Shown: positions 27,893 to 39,629, numbered from the stretch's first letter. The stretch: 57,867 nt of DNA from Actinomycetota bacterium (GCA_005789205.1 SXYM01000011.1:1-57867), one strand, 5' to 3'. Translations and numbers: made by a program. The notes: generated from the sequence alone by a model not told the origin.

Positions 27893-29008
27893 GTGAAAAC
27901 GACGCGACCAATACGAATTATTACTTCCCTATCCCTTGCCGTCGTCGCAATCTCAGCATTTTCTTGGTTGGGGTTAGGCCAAGTCAGCGGGGCGATTAAC
28001 CGTATCGATGTGTTTGGCTCACTCGATAACCGTCCAGATAAGCCAAGTTCCGCACTCAATTATTTGTTGGTGGGTTCTGATACACGCGAGGGTTTAACTA
28101 AAGAACAATCAAAGTTGTTGAGAGTAGGAACCACCAAGTCAGCAGCAGGTGCAAGATCAGACACAATGCTTCTTGTTCACATCAGTAAGGCTCGCGACAA
28201 AGCAACCATCATCTCTATCCCGCGAGATTCGCTGGTGACTATTCCGGAGCATCCCTCTTCCTTAAACAAAGAAAAGATTGTTCCTGCAGCAAAGGGAAAA
28301 ATCAACGCAGCTTTTGCTTGGGGTGGAGCACCACTTTTAATTCAAACTATTGAACAAGAAACAAATATTAAAATTGATCACTATATTGAAATCGGCTTCG
28401 CTGGTTTCGCAGGAATGGTTGATGCATTAGGCGGAATTGATGTTTGTACAAAGCGCGATATTGATGATCCAAATAGTCACCTTGTATTAAGCGCTGGAGT
28501 TCACACTCTTAATGGAATTGAATCGCTCAAGTATGTTCGCACGCGTGACTTTGATGGTATGGGTGATCTTGGGCGCATGCAACGCCAACAGCAATTCATG
28601 AGCGCTGTGCTGAGAAAAGTGACAAGTACCGGCGTTCTTCTCAATCCAGTTAAATTAGTCAATTTCTTCAATGCCACAATTGCAACTGTTCGAACAGATT
28701 CAGAGCTCAATCGAAATGACTTAATTGTCTTGGCTAAGCAACTCAAGAACCTCTCTCCAAGTAAGGTCCGCACTCTGACAATTCCTTTGGGTAATACAAA
28801 TGCTCGCGTACCAGGGCTTGGATCGGTTGTGACTTGGGATTCAGTGCTTGCACCTGACCTCTTTAACCGTTTGCGTGAAGATTTGCCGCTAGTTGATGAG
28901 GTAACTCCTTCACCTTCAGCATCATCAAGCACATCAGCATCACCAATTGTGATTGATAAATTCAAGACTCGTACCGCTGATGAAAATCCTTGCGGAGCAC
29001 TGAAGTAA
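27893..29008 (+). CDS. LytR-CpsA-Psr (LCP) glycopolymer-peptidoglycan ligase
   Basis: LLVGSDTR, RSDTMLL, SIPRDS, KINAAF, YVRTR, DLGRMQRQQ. Confidence 0.93.
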   Translation: MKTTRPIRIITSLSLAVVAISAFSWLGLGQVSGAINRIDVFGSLDNRPDKPSSALNYLLVGSDTREGLTKEQSKLLRVGTTKSAAGARSDTMLLVHISKARDKATIISIPRDSLVTIPEHPSSLNKEKIVPAAKGKINAAFAWGGAPLLIQTIEQETNIKIDHYIEIGFAGFAGMVDALGGIDVCTKRDIDDPNSHLVLSAGVHTLNGIESLKYVRTRDFDGMGDLGRMQRQQQFMSAVLRKVTSTGVLLNPVKLVNFFNATIATVRTDSELNRNDLIVLAKQLKNLSPSKVRTLTIPLGNTNARVPGLGSVVTWDSVLAPDLFNRLREDLPLVDEVTPSPSASSSTSASPIVIDKFKTRTADENPCGALK

Positions 29009-29018
29009 ACTCGCGCCT

Positions 29019-30329
29019 ATGACTTTGACTCTCTCAGTAGTTGGCTGCGGCTATCTAGGCGCAACACACGCCGCATGCATGTCTTCACTTGGCTTTACCG
29101 TTATTGGCGTTGATACCGATCCTAATAAGGTTGCGATGCTGCAAAATGGCCAACTTCCTTTCTACGAACCTGGACTAGATACCTTGCTTGCACAGGAGAT
29201 GAAGACCGGTCGACTTTCATTTACTACTGATTTCTCTGCAGTTAAAGTTGCTGATATTCACTTTGTTTGCGTTGGAACTCCACAGAGTAAAGATGGACTT
29301 GCCGCTGATCTAAGTTATGTGCGTTCTGCAGTTGCTGAGATAGCGCCGTATTTAAAAGATGGCTCTTTAGTTGTTGGAAAATCAACTGTTCCAGTTGGAA
29401 CTGCGCAATCACTTCGAGATGAGCTTACAAAAACGGCGCCGCAAGCAGATTTAGCCTGGAATCCAGAGTTCTTACGTGAAGGTTTCGCTGTTGAAGACAC
29501 ACTCACACCTAATCGCTTAGTTGTCGGTGTTGCAAATGATCGCGCTGAGCAGATACTTAAGGAAGTTTATAAGCCAATCATTGACTTAGGCACTCCATGG
29601 ATTAGAGCAGATCTTCCAACAGCAGAGCTAGTAAAAGTTGCGGCTAACTCATTCCTTGCAACAAAAATTTCTTTTATCAATGCTATGGCTGAAGTTTGTG
29701 AAGCTGCTGGCGGAGATGTGACAGTTCTAGCTCAAGCAATTGGTTATGACCCACGTATTGGAAACAAGTTCTTGCAAGCTGGTATCGGTTTTGGTGGCGG
29801 TTGCCTTCCAAAAGACATCCGAGCATTCATGGCACGCGCTGAGGATTTAGGCGCTAAGCAAGCTCTTGAATTTTTGCGTGAAATTGATGCGATTAACTTG
29901 CGTGCACGCCAGCGTGTGATCGATGTCGTCCGAAACGAACTTTCAGAGGATCTAACTCAATACAAGATCGCTGTTCTCGGAGCTACTTTCAAACCAGATA
30001 GTGATGATGTGCGTGACTCCCCAGCTCTCGATATCGCTGTTCAGTTACAAGCAGCTGGAGCAGCTGTGGTTATTCATGATCCCAAAGGAATTGAACCTGC
30101 ACGCAAGCGTTTTCCAAAGCTTGACTATGCAGAAGAAGTCACAGATGCAGTTAAAGATGCTGACTTGATTTTGCACTTAACCGAATGGAAAGAGTATCGA
30201 GCAATCAATCCATCAACTCTCTCTTCATTAGTTAAAACTAAAATCATTATCGATGGTCGCAATATGCTCGACCGAGAACTATGGCGCAAAGCTGGTTGGA
30301 AGTTCCATGCTTTAGGACGCACTGATTAA
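29019..30329 (+). CDS. ugd: UDP-glucose/GDP-mannose dehydrogenase
   Basis: VVGCGYLG, CVGTP, KSTVPVGT, NPEFLREG, GFGGGCLPKD, FKPDSDDVRDS. Confidence 0.93.
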   Translation: MTLTLSVVGCGYLGATHAACMSSLGFTVIGVDTDPNKVAMLQNGQLPFYEPGLDTLLAQEMKTGRLSFTTDFSAVKVADIHFVCVGTPQSKDGLAADLSYVRSAVAEIAPYLKDGSLVVGKSTVPVGTAQSLRDELTKTAPQADLAWNPEFLREGFAVEDTLTPNRLVVGVANDRAEQILKEVYKPIIDLGTPWIRADLPTAELVKVAANSFLATKISFINAMAEVCEAAGGDVTVLAQAIGYDPRIGNKFLQAGIGFGGGCLPKDIRAFMARAEDLGAKQALEFLREIDAINLRARQRVIDVVRNELSEDLTQYKIAVLGATFKPDSDDVRDSPALDIAVQLQAAGAAVVIHDPKGIEPARKRFPKLDYAEEVTDAVKDADLILHLTEWKEYRAINPSTLSSLVKTKIIIDGRNMLDRELWRKAGWKFHALGRTD

Positions 30330-30723
30330 CGAGCAAGAAAGCATCGATGCAGTCCTTGCAATGAAAACCTGGGCTGTTGTTGGGCTTGGAAATAATCCAG
30401 AGCGCGCAGCATTCGGTGTGGCAAAGCTTTTGCAAGATAAGGGCCACCGCATCATCCCTGTTTATCCACGTGCAGAAACCGTGCATGGTGAGGTTGGCTA
30501 TAAAACTCTTTCAGAGATTCCAGGTTCTGTTGATGTTGTTGATTGTTTTGTTAATTCCACTCTTGTTGGCAAAGTTGTGGATGAAGCAATCGCTATTGGT
30601 GCAAAAGCAGTATGGCTGCAATTAGATGTTATTGATAGCGATGCAATTGCTCGTGCAAAAGCTGCGGGATTAATAACAGTGATGGATCGTTGCCCAGCTA
30701 TTGAATATAGAAAGAAAAGCTAG
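30322..30723 (+). CDS. CoA-binding protein (YccU-like); start uncertain (CTG 30322, ATT 30325 or ATG 30361)
   Basis: TWAVVG...PER.A..V, VDVVDCF, AVWLQL, VMDRCP; the in-frame upstream stretch [13 protein letters not shown] resembles the family's first helix. Confidence 0.85.
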   Translation: MINEQESIDAVLAMKTWAVVGLGNNPERAAFGVAKLLQDKGHRIIPVYPRAETVHGEVGYKTLSEIPGSVDVVDCFVNSTLVGKVVDEAIAIGAKAVWLQLDVIDSDAIARAKAAGLITVMDRCPAIEYRKKS

Positions 30724-31229
30724 AAACCTGTTTTTTGCCCACGACGTGAATTTAAGTTCGTGCCTTTAGCTTTAGCCTCTGCATTAATTTCCTTTAAAGC
30801 ATCTGCGACTTTGGCGCTAATTGCTGAATCAGAGATTCCTAGAATTCTGGCGGCTAGTAACGCTGCGTTCTTAGCATTACCCACTCCGACAGTTGCCACG
30901 GGAATACCTGCAGGCATCTGCACAATAGAAAGAAGTGAATCCATTCCATCCAGGTTTTTTAACGCAACAGGAACTCCAATTACTGGAAGTGTGGTTAATG
31001 AAGCAACCATTCCAGGTAAATGTGCGGCTCCACCAGCACCCGCGATAATTACTTTGAATCCTTTGCCTGCGGCGCTTTGTGCAAACTCAACCATTTCAAG
31101 TGGCATGCGATGCGCTGAAACAACATCTGCCTCATAAGAGATTCCTAATTGATCTAGAACTTTCGCAGCCTCTTCCATTACCGGCCAATCAGAATCTGAT
31201 CCCATGATGATTGCTACATCACTCATCAA
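30720..31229 (-). CDS. purE: N5-CAIR mutase
   Basis: [38 protein letters not shown]. Confidence 0.97.
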   Translation of the reverse strand: MMSDVAIIMGSDSDWPVMEEAAKVLDQLGISYEADVVSAHRMPLEMVEFAQSAAGKGFKVIIAGAGGAAHLPGMVASLTTLPVIGVPVALKNLDGMDSLLSIVQMPAGIPVATVGVGNAKNAALLAARILGISDSAISAKVADALKEINAEAKAKGTNLNSRRGQKTGF

Positions 31230-32331
31230 TTTCTCCGCTCATGTAATCAAGGGCATGCTGAACTTCCTGGGTTAATTCTAGGAGGTTATCTCCCAGCAAA
31301 TTAACATGGCCAATCTTGCGCCCAGGGCGTACTTCCTTCTTGTAGAGGTGGAATTTCAACTCTGGCGTGCGGGCCATGAGGTGAAGATATGGCCGATACA
31401 TATCTCCCTTATCCCCGCCCAAAATGTTGCCCATAACGGCAATAGGGGCAGTCATCTGCGGATTTCCAAGAGGAAGATCTAATACAGCTCGAAGATGTTG
31501 TTCAAACTGAGATGTTAGAGAACCTTCAATTGTCCAGTGTCCAGAATTATGTGGGCGCATGGCTAATTCATTAATGAATAACTCTTCACCTTTAACAAAG
31601 ATTTCAACTGCCATAACACCAATTACACCAATTTCATTAGCGATATCAAGAGCCAACTTCTGAGCTTTCTCACTTAAATCATTAGAGAGTTGTGGGGCCG
31701 GTGAAATTGTCATCACACATATTCCATCACGCTGAATTGTTTGCGTTGGCGCCCAAGTTGTTGCCTGACCATGCGGAGATCTAGCCACCATCACAGCTAT
31801 TTCATAATCGAAATCAATCAGCTCTTCAATCAAAACTTTGCCAACTTCTTTCAATACCGCAGTGAGCTCTGTTTGGCTATTAATTTTCCATACTCCACGG
31901 CCGTCATAACCACCTGAAATGGCTTTAGCAATTACTGGAAAGTCATGTACTTCTTCGGATTTAGTTACCACTGCGTTTTTTGGTGAAGAAAAATTACTCA
32001 GTCGCGCACGCATTTGCGATTTGTCTTGCGAATAAATAAAGCTAGCTGAGTTTGGACGGACTACAACTCCATCTGCTTCCAGTGCCTTAACAATGCTTAG
32101 GGGAATTAGTTCATGCTCAAAAGTGATTACATCGCACTTTCGGGCAAATGCACGGACTGTTTCTAGATCTTTGTAGTCTCCGACTACGTGGTTTGTTATC
32201 TGTGCTCCACTATCTTGAGCATCATTTGCAAGTAATAAGAGATTGACACCAAGTGCTGCGGCAGGAGCAACGCTCATGCGCGCTAATTGCCCAGCACCAA
32301 TCACGCCGACTGTTGGAAAATGATTACTCAC
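31219..32331 (-). CDS. purK: N5-CAIR synthetase
   Basis: [42 protein letters not shown]. Confidence 0.96.
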   Translation of the reverse strand: MSNHFPTVGVIGAGQLARMSVAPAAALGVNLLLLANDAQDSGAQITNHVVGDYKDLETVRAFARKCDVITFEHELIPLSIVKALEADGVVVRPNSASFIYSQDKSQMRARLSNFSSPKNAVVTKSEEVHDFPVIAKAISGGYDGRGVWKINSQTELTAVLKEVGKVLIEELIDFDYEIAVMVARSPHGQATTWAPTQTIQRDGICVMTISPAPQLSNDLSEKAQKLALDIANEIGVIGVMAVEIFVKGEELFINELAMRPHNSGHWTIEGSLTSQFEQHLRAVLDLPLGNPQMTAPIAVMGNILGGDKGDMYRPYLHLMARTPELKFHLYKKEVRPGRKIGHVNLLGDNLLELTQEVQHALDYMSGEIDE

Positions 32332-32335
32332 TGGC

Positions 32336-33094
32336 TTATCGTAGATGAACTACGTCGCCTGCTTGAACATGGGATCCTGAATCCAGAATCAACTCCCCGC
32401 GGGGTGAGATTGCAAGGGCAATGCCTTTTTCAATCTTTTCATTTGGATAGTGAATCTGAACCTTGGTTCCAAGGGTTGAGCTCAGGGATGTGTAGATCTG
32501 TGCAATTGAATTATCTCCTGTATCCCATGTGGTGAAGTTGCTTTCAAATTGAGACAAGACTTTTGCCAATATCTTGTTTCTATTTGTATGACCAACGCCT
32601 TCTATTGCCAGAGATGTTGCGGTTAAAACAGGAAGTTCTTCTAGGGACATTCCAACATTAATACCAATTCCAATCACAATTCCGTCACCGACTATTTCTG
32701 CAATCAATCCAGAAATCTTTTTTTCATTTACCAAAATATCATTTGGCCATTTAACAGTTGCCTTAACTTCATCTAATGCTTGTGCAACAGATACACCGGC
32801 AATCAAGGAAATCCATCCCCAATCCTCAGTACTTCTTTTTGGTTCAATATAAAAAGAAAATAGAAGTGCAGAGTTTTTTGGAGCTTCAAAAGTTCTTGAT
32901 AATCTTCCTCGGCCCGCACTTTGATAATTGGCGGCAATCACATCACCGGCTTTTGCTTTTCCGGCGCGAGCTAAAGCAGCAATATCAGTTTGTGTTGAGG
33001 CGGTGACATCAACCACGCTTACTCGCCAGTACTGCGTAACCAAAGAGTTGATAACTGACTTATCAAGTGCCCCTCTTCGCATTTCAATGCCCAT
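32336..33094 (-). CDS. birA: biotin--protein ligase (no HTH)
   Basis: [34 protein letters not shown]; start set to ATG 33094 from promoter geometry. Confidence 0.92.
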   Translation of the reverse strand: MGIEMRRGALDKSVINSLVTQYWRVSVVDVTASTQTDIAALARAGKAKAGDVIAANYQSAGRGRLSRTFEAPKNSALLFSFYIEPKRSTEDWGWISLIAGVSVAQALDEVKATVKWPNDILVNEKKISGLIAEIVGDGIVIGIGINVGMSLEELPVLTATSLAIEGVGHTNRNKILAKVLSQFESNFTTWDTGDNSIAQIYTSLSSTLGTKVQIHYPNEKIEKGIALAISPRGELILDSGSHVQAGDVVHLR

Positions 33095-33112
33095 GACATG
33101 TACCGTAGGGGT
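33095..33112. promoter_or_regulatory. 18-bp bidirectional leaderless promoter (birA / accD)
   Basis: CAT-gacatg-TACCGTA-ggggt-ATG: plus-strand TACCGT is 6 nt from ATG 33113; minus-strand TACGGT is 7 nt from ATG 33094. Confidence 0.62.
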
Positions 33113-34684
33113 ATGAGCCGTGATCTGCATACAACTGCCGGGAAAATCGAAGATCTACGTGCGCGCGTTGAGGAAGCCGTGCACGCTGGTTCGGCACGCG
33201 CTGTTGAAAAGCAGCATGCCAAAGGCAAGAACACCGCCCGTGAGCGTATTGAAATGTTGGTCGATCCAGATTCATTTACAGAAATTGATGAGTTCGCGCG
33301 CCACCGTTCAACACAATTTGGGATGGAAAATAATCGTCCATACGGTGATGGCGTTGTAATTGGAACAGCGACCGTAGATGGACGACCTATTGCTTTGTAC
33401 TCACAAGATTTCACAATCATGGGTGGATCACTGGGTGAAGTTCATGCCGAAAAGATTGTAAAGATTGCTGAGTTTGCACTAAAGAGTGGAATTCCACTTA
33501 TTGGAATTAATGACTCCGGAGGAGCACGTATTCAAGAAGGCGTTGCATCCCTTTCAGGCTATGGAAAAATCTTCCGCCTTAACACTCGCTCATCTGGTGT
33601 TATTCCTCAGATCTCATTGATTCTTGGCCCTTGTGCAGGAGGTTCTGCATACTCTCCAGCACTTACAGATTTCACTGTAATGGTTAACGAAACATCACAC
33701 ATGTTTATTACTGGTCCTGACGTCATCAAAACTGTAACTGGCGAAGAAGTGGGAATGGAAGAGCTAGGTGGTGCTCGTACTCATAATGTTCGAACCGGTA
33801 ACTCTCACTACTTAGCTGAAAATGAAGCTGATGCAATCGATTACGTTAAAGCGCTTCTTTCATATTTGCCATCAAATAATATGGACAGAGCTCCACATCT
33901 TCCGCCAACAGAGCTTTTGGAAAAAAATGCAAAAGATATTGCACTAGATACTTTGATTCCAGATAGTCCGAACCAGCCATACGACATGAAAGTTTTGATT
34001 CAAGCATTAGTAGATGAAGCAGAATTCTTGGAAGTCCATGCACTCTATGCGCCAAACATTATTGTTGGTTTTGCGCGAATTGAGGGTGAAACAATTGGAA
34101 TCATTGCAAACCAGCCTAATCAATTGGCAGGAACGCTAGATATTAACTCCAGCGAAAAAGCTGCACGTTTCTTGCGCTTCTGCGATGCATTCAATATCCC
34201 AATTTTGACACTTGTCGATGTGCCTGGTTTCTTGCCTGGTACTGAACAGGAATGGGATGGAATCATTCGACGCGGAGCTAAGTTGCTCTACGCCTACGCA
34301 GAAGCATCCGTACCACTTGTAACACTCATTACTCGTAAAGCTTATGGTGGCGCATTTATCGTTATGGGCTCTAAGTATCTTGGTAGCGATATCAACTTCG
34401 CGTGGCCAAGTGCAGAGATTGCAGTTATGGGAGCACAAGGCGCAGTTAACATCTTGTACCGAAAGGAAATTGCTGATGCTAAGGATCCAGTTGCTGCAAG
34501 AGCTGAACTAATCGATGAATATAACGAATCACTGGCAAATCCATATTTAGCTGCTGAGCGTGGAACAATCGACACAGTTATTGAACCAAATCAGTCACGT
34601 GCATACATTACGAAGGCTTTTAGAACTTTGCGTACAAAGCGCGACACATTACCTGCCCGCAAACACGGAAATATTCCGCTGTAA
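33113..34684 (+). CDS. pccB: acyl-CoA carboxylase beta (carboxyltransferase) subunit, AccD5/PccB type
   Basis: [49 protein letters not shown]. Confidence 0.93.
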   Translation: MSRDLHTTAGKIEDLRARVEEAVHAGSARAVEKQHAKGKNTARERIEMLVDPDSFTEIDEFARHRSTQFGMENNRPYGDGVVIGTATVDGRPIALYSQDFTIMGGSLGEVHAEKIVKIAEFALKSGIPLIGINDSGGARIQEGVASLSGYGKIFRLNTRSSGVIPQISLILGPCAGGSAYSPALTDFTVMVNETSHMFITGPDVIKTVTGEEVGMEELGGARTHNVRTGNSHYLAENEADAIDYVKALLSYLPSNNMDRAPHLPPTELLEKNAKDIALDTLIPDSPNQPYDMKVLIQALVDEAEFLEVHALYAPNIIVGFARIEGETIGIIANQPNQLAGTLDINSSEKAARFLRFCDAFNIPILTLVDVPGFLPGTEQEWDGIIRRGAKLLYAYAEASVPLVTLITRKAYGGAFIVMGSKYLGSDINFAWPSAEIAVMGAQGAVNILYRKEIADAKDPVAARAELIDEYNESLANPYLAAERGTIDTVIEPNQSRAYITKAFRTLRTKRDTLPARKHGNIPL

Positions 34685-34866
34685 TGGAGTTTTCAATCAT
34701 CAACGGCAGTCCAACACCTGAAGAGCTAGAGGCACTGAAATCCGCTTTGGCTCAACATAAGCGTGAAGAGCTAAAGCCTGTGATCCGCAGAAGTGTTTAT
34801 GGTTTACCGCAACTAAGAGAAGCATTGCCTCATCAAATAACTTTCGGCGCTCGAAAGAATTCATAA
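34684..34866 (+). CDS. acyl-CoA carboxylase epsilon subunit
   Basis: I.NGSPTPEELEAL motif, directly after the beta subunit. Confidence 0.82.
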   Translation: MEFSIINGSPTPEELEALKSALAQHKREELKPVIRRSVYGLPQLREALPHQITFGARKNS

Positions 34867-34869
34867 ACG

Positions 34870-35472
34870 ATGCCAAAAATAGTATTAGCTTCTGCATCTG
34901 TGTCCAGACGACGCTTACTTGAGTCGGCTGGATTAAAGCCCACCATTATGGTCAGCCATGTTGATGAGGAGACTGATTTTTTCAATTCAATGACACCAGC
35001 CGATATGGTGATTGCTCTAGCAATAACTAAGGCTCACACAATTCGAGAGCAAATAGATTTTCCAGCAATAATTATTGGTTGTGATTCAACTTTTGAATTT
35101 GACTCACAGTCCTTTGGTAAGCCGGAAACCCCAGAGATTGCAATCGAACGTGCTTCAAGAGTTCGCGGTAATTCGGGACTTCTTCATACAGGGCACTGCA
35201 TTATTGATACAACAAAGGACAAAGAGATTTCAAGCATCGTCACCACAAAGGTGACCTTTGATAACATGACTGATGCAGAGATTGCAGACTATGTTGCAAC
35301 GAGCGAACCGTTACATGTTGCAGGTGGATTCACCCTTGATGGATTTAGCTCCCCTTTTATTCCTTCAATTGAAGGTGACTACACAAACGTCGTTGGAATC
35401 TCTATGCCATTTGTGAGAAAAGCTTTTGAGCAACTTGGCTACTCCTGGCCTGAAGTTAAAGTGATGCAATGA
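34870..35472 (+). CDS. maf: Maf nucleotide pyrophosphatase
   Basis: VLASAS..RR.LL, IGCDS, GKP, EPL.VAG.F, NVVG. Confidence 0.92.
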   Translation: MPKIVLASASVSRRRLLESAGLKPTIMVSHVDEETDFFNSMTPADMVIALAITKAHTIREQIDFPAIIIGCDSTFEFDSQSFGKPETPEIAIERASRVRGNSGLLHTGHCIIDTTKDKEISSIVTTKVTFDNMTDAEIADYVATSEPLHVAGGFTLDGFSSPFIPSIEGDYTNVVGISMPFVRKAFEQLGYSWPEVKVMQ

Positions 35473-37187
35473 AGCGCGTTTTAATTGCCAACCGTGGAGA
35501 AATTGCAGTGCGTGTAATTCGTGCATGTAAGGATCATGGGTTGGAAAGTGTTGCGGTTTATTCAGAAGAAGATCGCAATGCAATTCATTCCCAGATGGCT
35601 GATACTGCCTATTCTCTGCATGGAACAACCGCAACTGAAACTTATTTGAATATTGAAAAACTTATTGGAGTTGCCCAGCAATCGGGTGCGGACGCTGTTC
35701 ACCCTGGCTATGGATTCTTATCTGAAAATGCAAACTTTGCTCAAGCAGTCATTGATGCTGGTCTTATTTGGATTGGACCTCCCCCTGCTGCAATTCGGGC
35801 ACTGGGCGATAAAGTCTCTGCACGCAAAATCGCAGCTAAAGCAGGTGCACCACTTGTTGCTGGAACTGAAGATCCAGTTGAAGGATATGGAGAAGTTTTA
35901 GCTTTTGCTAAGGAGCATGGATTACCTGTTGCCATAAAGGCTGCCCATGGTGGTGGTGGACGTGGTTTAAAGGTGGCCCATGTGATGGAGGAGATTCCAG
36001 AACTATTCGCATCTGCCGTTCGTGAGGCTATGAGTGGTTTTGGCCGCGGTGAATGCTTTGTTGAACGTTATTTGGATAAGCCCCGCCACGTTGAAACCCA
36101 AGTTTTAGTTGATAAACATGGAAATGCAGTAGTTATTAGTACACGCGATTGCTCACTGCAACGCCGCCACCAAAAACTAATTGAAGAAGCACCTGCTCCG
36201 TTTTTAAATCAAGCCCAGATTGATGAGCTTTATCAATCCAGTAAAGCCATTATGAAAGAGGCTGGATATATAGGTGCAGGTACTTGCGAATTCTTAATTG
36301 GACTAGATGGAACTATTTCATTCTTAGAAGTAAATACCCGCTTGCAAGTAGAGCATCCGGTGAGTGAAGAAATCACGGGGATTGATTTAGTGCGTGAGCA
36401 ATTTAGAATTGCTATGGGTGAAGCACTTGGCTTTGATGATCCAGTTATCCGTGGACACTCAATTGAATTTCGTATTAATGGTGAAGACCCAGGTCGCTCA
36501 TTCTTGCCCGCACCAGGCAGAATCACAGAATGGATCATCCCAACAGGACCCGGAGTTAGAGTCGATGCTGGCTTTAAAAATGGTGACACCATCGGCGGCA
36601 ACTTTGATTCATTGTTAGCAAAACTTATTGTTACAGGTGCAACTCGTGAACAAGCAGTAGAGCGTGCTCGTCGTGCACTCGCTGAATTTTCAATTCAAGG
36701 CTTAGCTACCGCTCTACCTTTCCATCGTGCAATTATGGAAGATCCTGCGTTTACACAAGATTTCAGGGTTTACACCAGCTACATTGAAAATGAATTTCAC
36801 AATGACATTCCTATGTATCACGCACCGGTTGTGCCGCTTGAAACACATATGGCACCTGAGCAATTAGTTGCAGAAGTAAATGGGAAGCGTTTTGAGATTT
36901 TAGTACATGCTCCTAAGCCTGTAATTAAGCGCCATCGCGCAAAACAATCGATGGCAGGCGGCGCTGGTGGCTCTGAACTTGCCAGCCCAATGCAGGGAAC
37001 TGTTGTGAAGATTGCAGTCAATGACGGTGACCGAGTTGAAATCGGCGATTTAGTAATCGTTCTAGAAGCGATGAAAATGGAACAGCCGTTAATGGCACAT
37101 AAAGCTGGTGTGATTAGTAATTTGAGCGCAGTCATAGGGGCCACAGTTTCTAGTGGAACAGCTCTTTGTGACATCATTGATGCATGA
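35469..37187 (+). CDS. biotin carboxylase / BCCP alpha subunit of acyl-CoA carboxylase (AccA/BccA)
   Basis: [40 protein letters not shown], biotin motif EAMKM. Confidence 0.95.
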   Translation: MKRVLIANRGEIAVRVIRACKDHGLESVAVYSEEDRNAIHSQMADTAYSLHGTTATETYLNIEKLIGVAQQSGADAVHPGYGFLSENANFAQAVIDAGLIWIGPPPAAIRALGDKVSARKIAAKAGAPLVAGTEDPVEGYGEVLAFAKEHGLPVAIKAAHGGGGRGLKVAHVMEEIPELFASAVREAMSGFGRGECFVERYLDKPRHVETQVLVDKHGNAVVISTRDCSLQRRHQKLIEEAPAPFLNQAQIDELYQSSKAIMKEAGYIGAGTCEFLIGLDGTISFLEVNTRLQVEHPVSEEITGIDLVREQFRIAMGEALGFDDPVIRGHSIEFRINGEDPGRSFLPAPGRITEWIIPTGPGVRVDAGFKNGDTIGGNFDSLLAKLIVTGATREQAVERARRALAEFSIQGLATALPFHRAIMEDPAFTQDFRVYTSYIENEFHNDIPMYHAPVVPLETHMAPEQLVAEVNGKRFEILVHAPKPVIKRHRAKQSMAGGAGGSELASPMQGTVVKIAVNDGDRVEIGDLVIVLEAMKMEQPLMAHKAGVISNLSAVIGATVSSGTALCDIIDA

Positions 37188-38014
37188 CAAATAGCGAGCT
37201 CCTCTACTCCAATCCATTAGCCGCAGCGGCTGCTGCTGCGAAAGAAATCACAGAGCGCACAGGGGTTGCATCTCATGATGTTGCCTTAGTGATGGGTTCT
37301 GGTTGGGTGAGCGCGGTAGATGCGTTGGGAACTCCAGCATATGAATGTAATGCTGAAGATATAACTGGATTCCTTCCTCCAACAGTTCAGGGGCACTCAG
37401 GAAAAGTTCGGTCTTACGAAATTGACTCAAATAGCAAGAAATTACGAGCACTTGTATTTCTAGGGCGCACACACCTCTATGAGGGTAAAGGTGTCGAACC
37501 TGTAGTACATAGCGTACGAACAGCGGTTAAAGCTGGATGCAAAGTTGTCATTTTAACTAATGCATGCGGTGGCATAAACAAGAGCTATAAAGTTGGCCAA
37601 CCAGTTCTAATTCGTGATCACATTTCATTAACTGCAATCTCTCCACTATCTGGTGCCACTTTTGTAGATTTAACTGATCTCTATAGCAAGCGAATTCGTG
37701 AAATAGTTAAGAAAGAATATCCTTCACTTGAAGAAGGTGTCTATGTGCATTGGCGTGGACCAACTTATGAAACACCTGCAGAGATTTTAATGATGCGCAC
37801 AATGGGAGCAGATTTGGTGGGTATGTCTACAGTGCCTGAGGCAATTGCAGCTCACGCACTTGGCGCTGAAGTTCTTGGAATCTCATTAGTTACTAACGCA
37901 GCCGCAGGTGTTACTGGTGAAAAACTAAACCACGAAGAAGTTATTGCCGCTGGAAAGGCCGCTGCAGATCGAATGGGCGCTCTTCTCAAAGGGGTAATCC
38001 CGAAGTTATTCTAA
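37184..38014 (+). CDS. punA: purine-nucleoside phosphorylase (trimeric type)
   Basis: [40 protein letters not shown]. Confidence 0.93.
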   Translation: MTNSELLYSNPLAAAAAAAKEITERTGVASHDVALVMGSGWVSAVDALGTPAYECNAEDITGFLPPTVQGHSGKVRSYEIDSNSKKLRALVFLGRTHLYEGKGVEPVVHSVRTAVKAGCKVVILTNACGGINKSYKVGQPVLIRDHISLTAISPLSGATFVDLTDLYSKRIREIVKKEYPSLEEGVYVHWRGPTYETPAEILMMRTMGADLVGMSTVPEAIAAHALGAEVLGISLVTNAAAGVTGEKLNHEEVIAAGKAAADRMGALLKGVIPKLF

Positions 38015-38018
38015 GAGT

Positions 38019-39629
38019 ATGGATCTGATTCAAGAAGTTCAAGCATGGATTGCTGATGATCCAGATCCAAAGACCGCTGCCCAATTACAACAATGGCTCG
38101 ATTCCAATAATGAAGTAGAGCTACGTGCCTCATTTAATGGCTTTTTGCAGTTTGGCACTGCAGGTTTGCGTGGCCCTATTCGCCCAGGACCTTCGGGAAT
38201 GAATCGAGCAGTTGTTGGCCGTGCTGCCGCAGGAATTGTTGCTTATATGAAAGAGCGAAAATTAATTTCAGTAGTAATTGGTCGTGATGCCCGTCATGGC
38301 TCTGAAGATTTTACTTTCGAAACCGCAGAAATCATGAGTGGTGCTGGCATGAGGGTTTATATCTTGCCCCGCCCGCTTCCAACGCCGGTATTAGCTTTTG
38401 CTACCAATGAATTGAAATGCGATGTAGGAATTATGGTTACGGCTAGCCATAATCCACCGCAAGATAACGGATACAAAGTTTATTTAGGTGGCATCGTTGA
38501 TGGAATTCATTATCGTGGATCACAAATAATATCTCCAACAGATGAATCAATCGCCAAAAAGATTGATTCGATCACTTCACTAGCCTTGCAACCCCGTGGT
38601 AAAGAATGGACAATTCTTGGTGAAGAAGTTGTTCACAAATATGTCGGAATTACCGCTGCTCTTGCCCAACGTCCTGGAAACCTAAAAATTGTTTACACCG
38701 CCATGCATGGTGTTGGAACCCAGACCCTGCAACAGGTTTTCCTTAAAGCAGGGTTTCCTCAACCTATTCTTGTGGATGCACAAGCACAACCAGATCCAGA
38801 TTTTCCAACTGTTGCATTTCCTAACCCGGAAGAGCCAGGTGCAATTGAATTAGCGCTAGAGACAGCGCGAACATTTGAAGCTGATTTAGTGATTGCTAAC
38901 GATCCAGATGCAGACCGCTGCGCTGCTGCAGTTAAGGATCCAATTAAAGGCTGGAGAATGCTACGTGGGGATGAGTTAGGTGTAATCCTTGGTGAATCTA
39001 TCGCCCGAGCAACAAGTAAGGGCATCCTTGCAAACTCGATTGTTTCATCATCTATTCTGAGCAAGATTGCTGCCCACCACAAATTAGAGTTCAAAGAAAC
39101 GCTCACCGGATTCAAGTGGTTAGCAAAAATTGATGGGTTAACTTTTGGATACGAAGAAGCCTTGGGTTATGCCGTTGATGCAATAACAGTTAACGATAAG
39201 GATGGAATCTCTGCTGCAATCAAACTAGCTCAGATTGCCACTGATTTAGCGAGCGAAAATAAGACACTTCTTGATTTACTCGATGAAGTTTGGGCTCGTC
39301 ACGGTTTTCATGCGACTGAACAAATCTCCATTCGTCTGACCGATATTTCGCAAGTAGGCGTGATTATGGGAAGTTTGCGCAGCAATTGCCCTAAAGAAAT
39401 TGCTGGCCGCTCCGTTACATCCATTGATGACCTCGCTAATCCAAGTGATGGTTTGCCACCTACTGATGGTTTGCGTATTTGGCTTGAAGGTGGAATTCGA
39501 ATCATCATTCGTCCAAGTGGCACAGAAGCAAAGATGAAGTGTTACATTGAGGCAATTGCAAAGGATTCTGTGACTGCGCAAACAGTTCTGGATCAGTTAC
39601 GAGCCCCACTGAAGGAATTGTTATCGTGA
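38019..39629 (+). CDS. alpha-D-phosphohexomutase family protein, probably acting as phosphopentomutase
   Basis: FGTAGLRG, TASHNP, DPDADR, GYEEALG, RPSGTE; lies between PNP and deoC. Confidence 0.88.
   Translation: MDLIQEVQAWIADDPDPKTAAQLQQWLDSNNEVELRASFNGFLQFGTAGLRGPIRPGPSGMNRAVVGRAAAGIVAYMKERKLISVVIGRDARHGSEDFTFETAEIMSGAGMRVYILPRPLPTPVLAFATNELKCDVGIMVTASHNPPQDNGYKVYLGGIVDGIHYRGSQIISPTDESIAKKIDSITSLALQPRGKEWTILGEEVVHKYVGITAALAQRPGNLKIVYTAMHGVGTQTLQQVFLKAGFPQPILVDAQAQPDPDFPTVAFPNPEEPGAIELALETARTFEADLVIANDPDADRCAAAVKDPIKGWRMLRGDELGVILGESIARATSKGILANSIVSSSILSKIAAHHKLEFKETLTGFKWLAKIDGLTFGYEEALGYAVDAITVNDKDGISAAIKLAQIATDLASENKTLLDLLDEVWARHGFHATEQISIRLTDISQVGVIMGSLRSNCPKEIAGRSVTSIDDLANPSDGLPPTDGLRIWLEGGIRIIIRPSGTEAKMKCYIEAIAKDSVTAQTVLDQLRAPLKELLS

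Noticed and set aside
28900-28945. Short TCA/GCA-rich repeats near the end of the LCP gene
   Set aside because: They encode a Ser/Pro/Thr linker (TPSPSASSSTSASP), not a DNA repeat element.
33098-33130. Head-to-head coding overlap of birA and accD (also LOG/dapD at 23122-23202)
   Set aside because: Artefact of longest-ORF start choice; downstream ATGs with matching -10 elements give 18-bp and 30-bp gaps.
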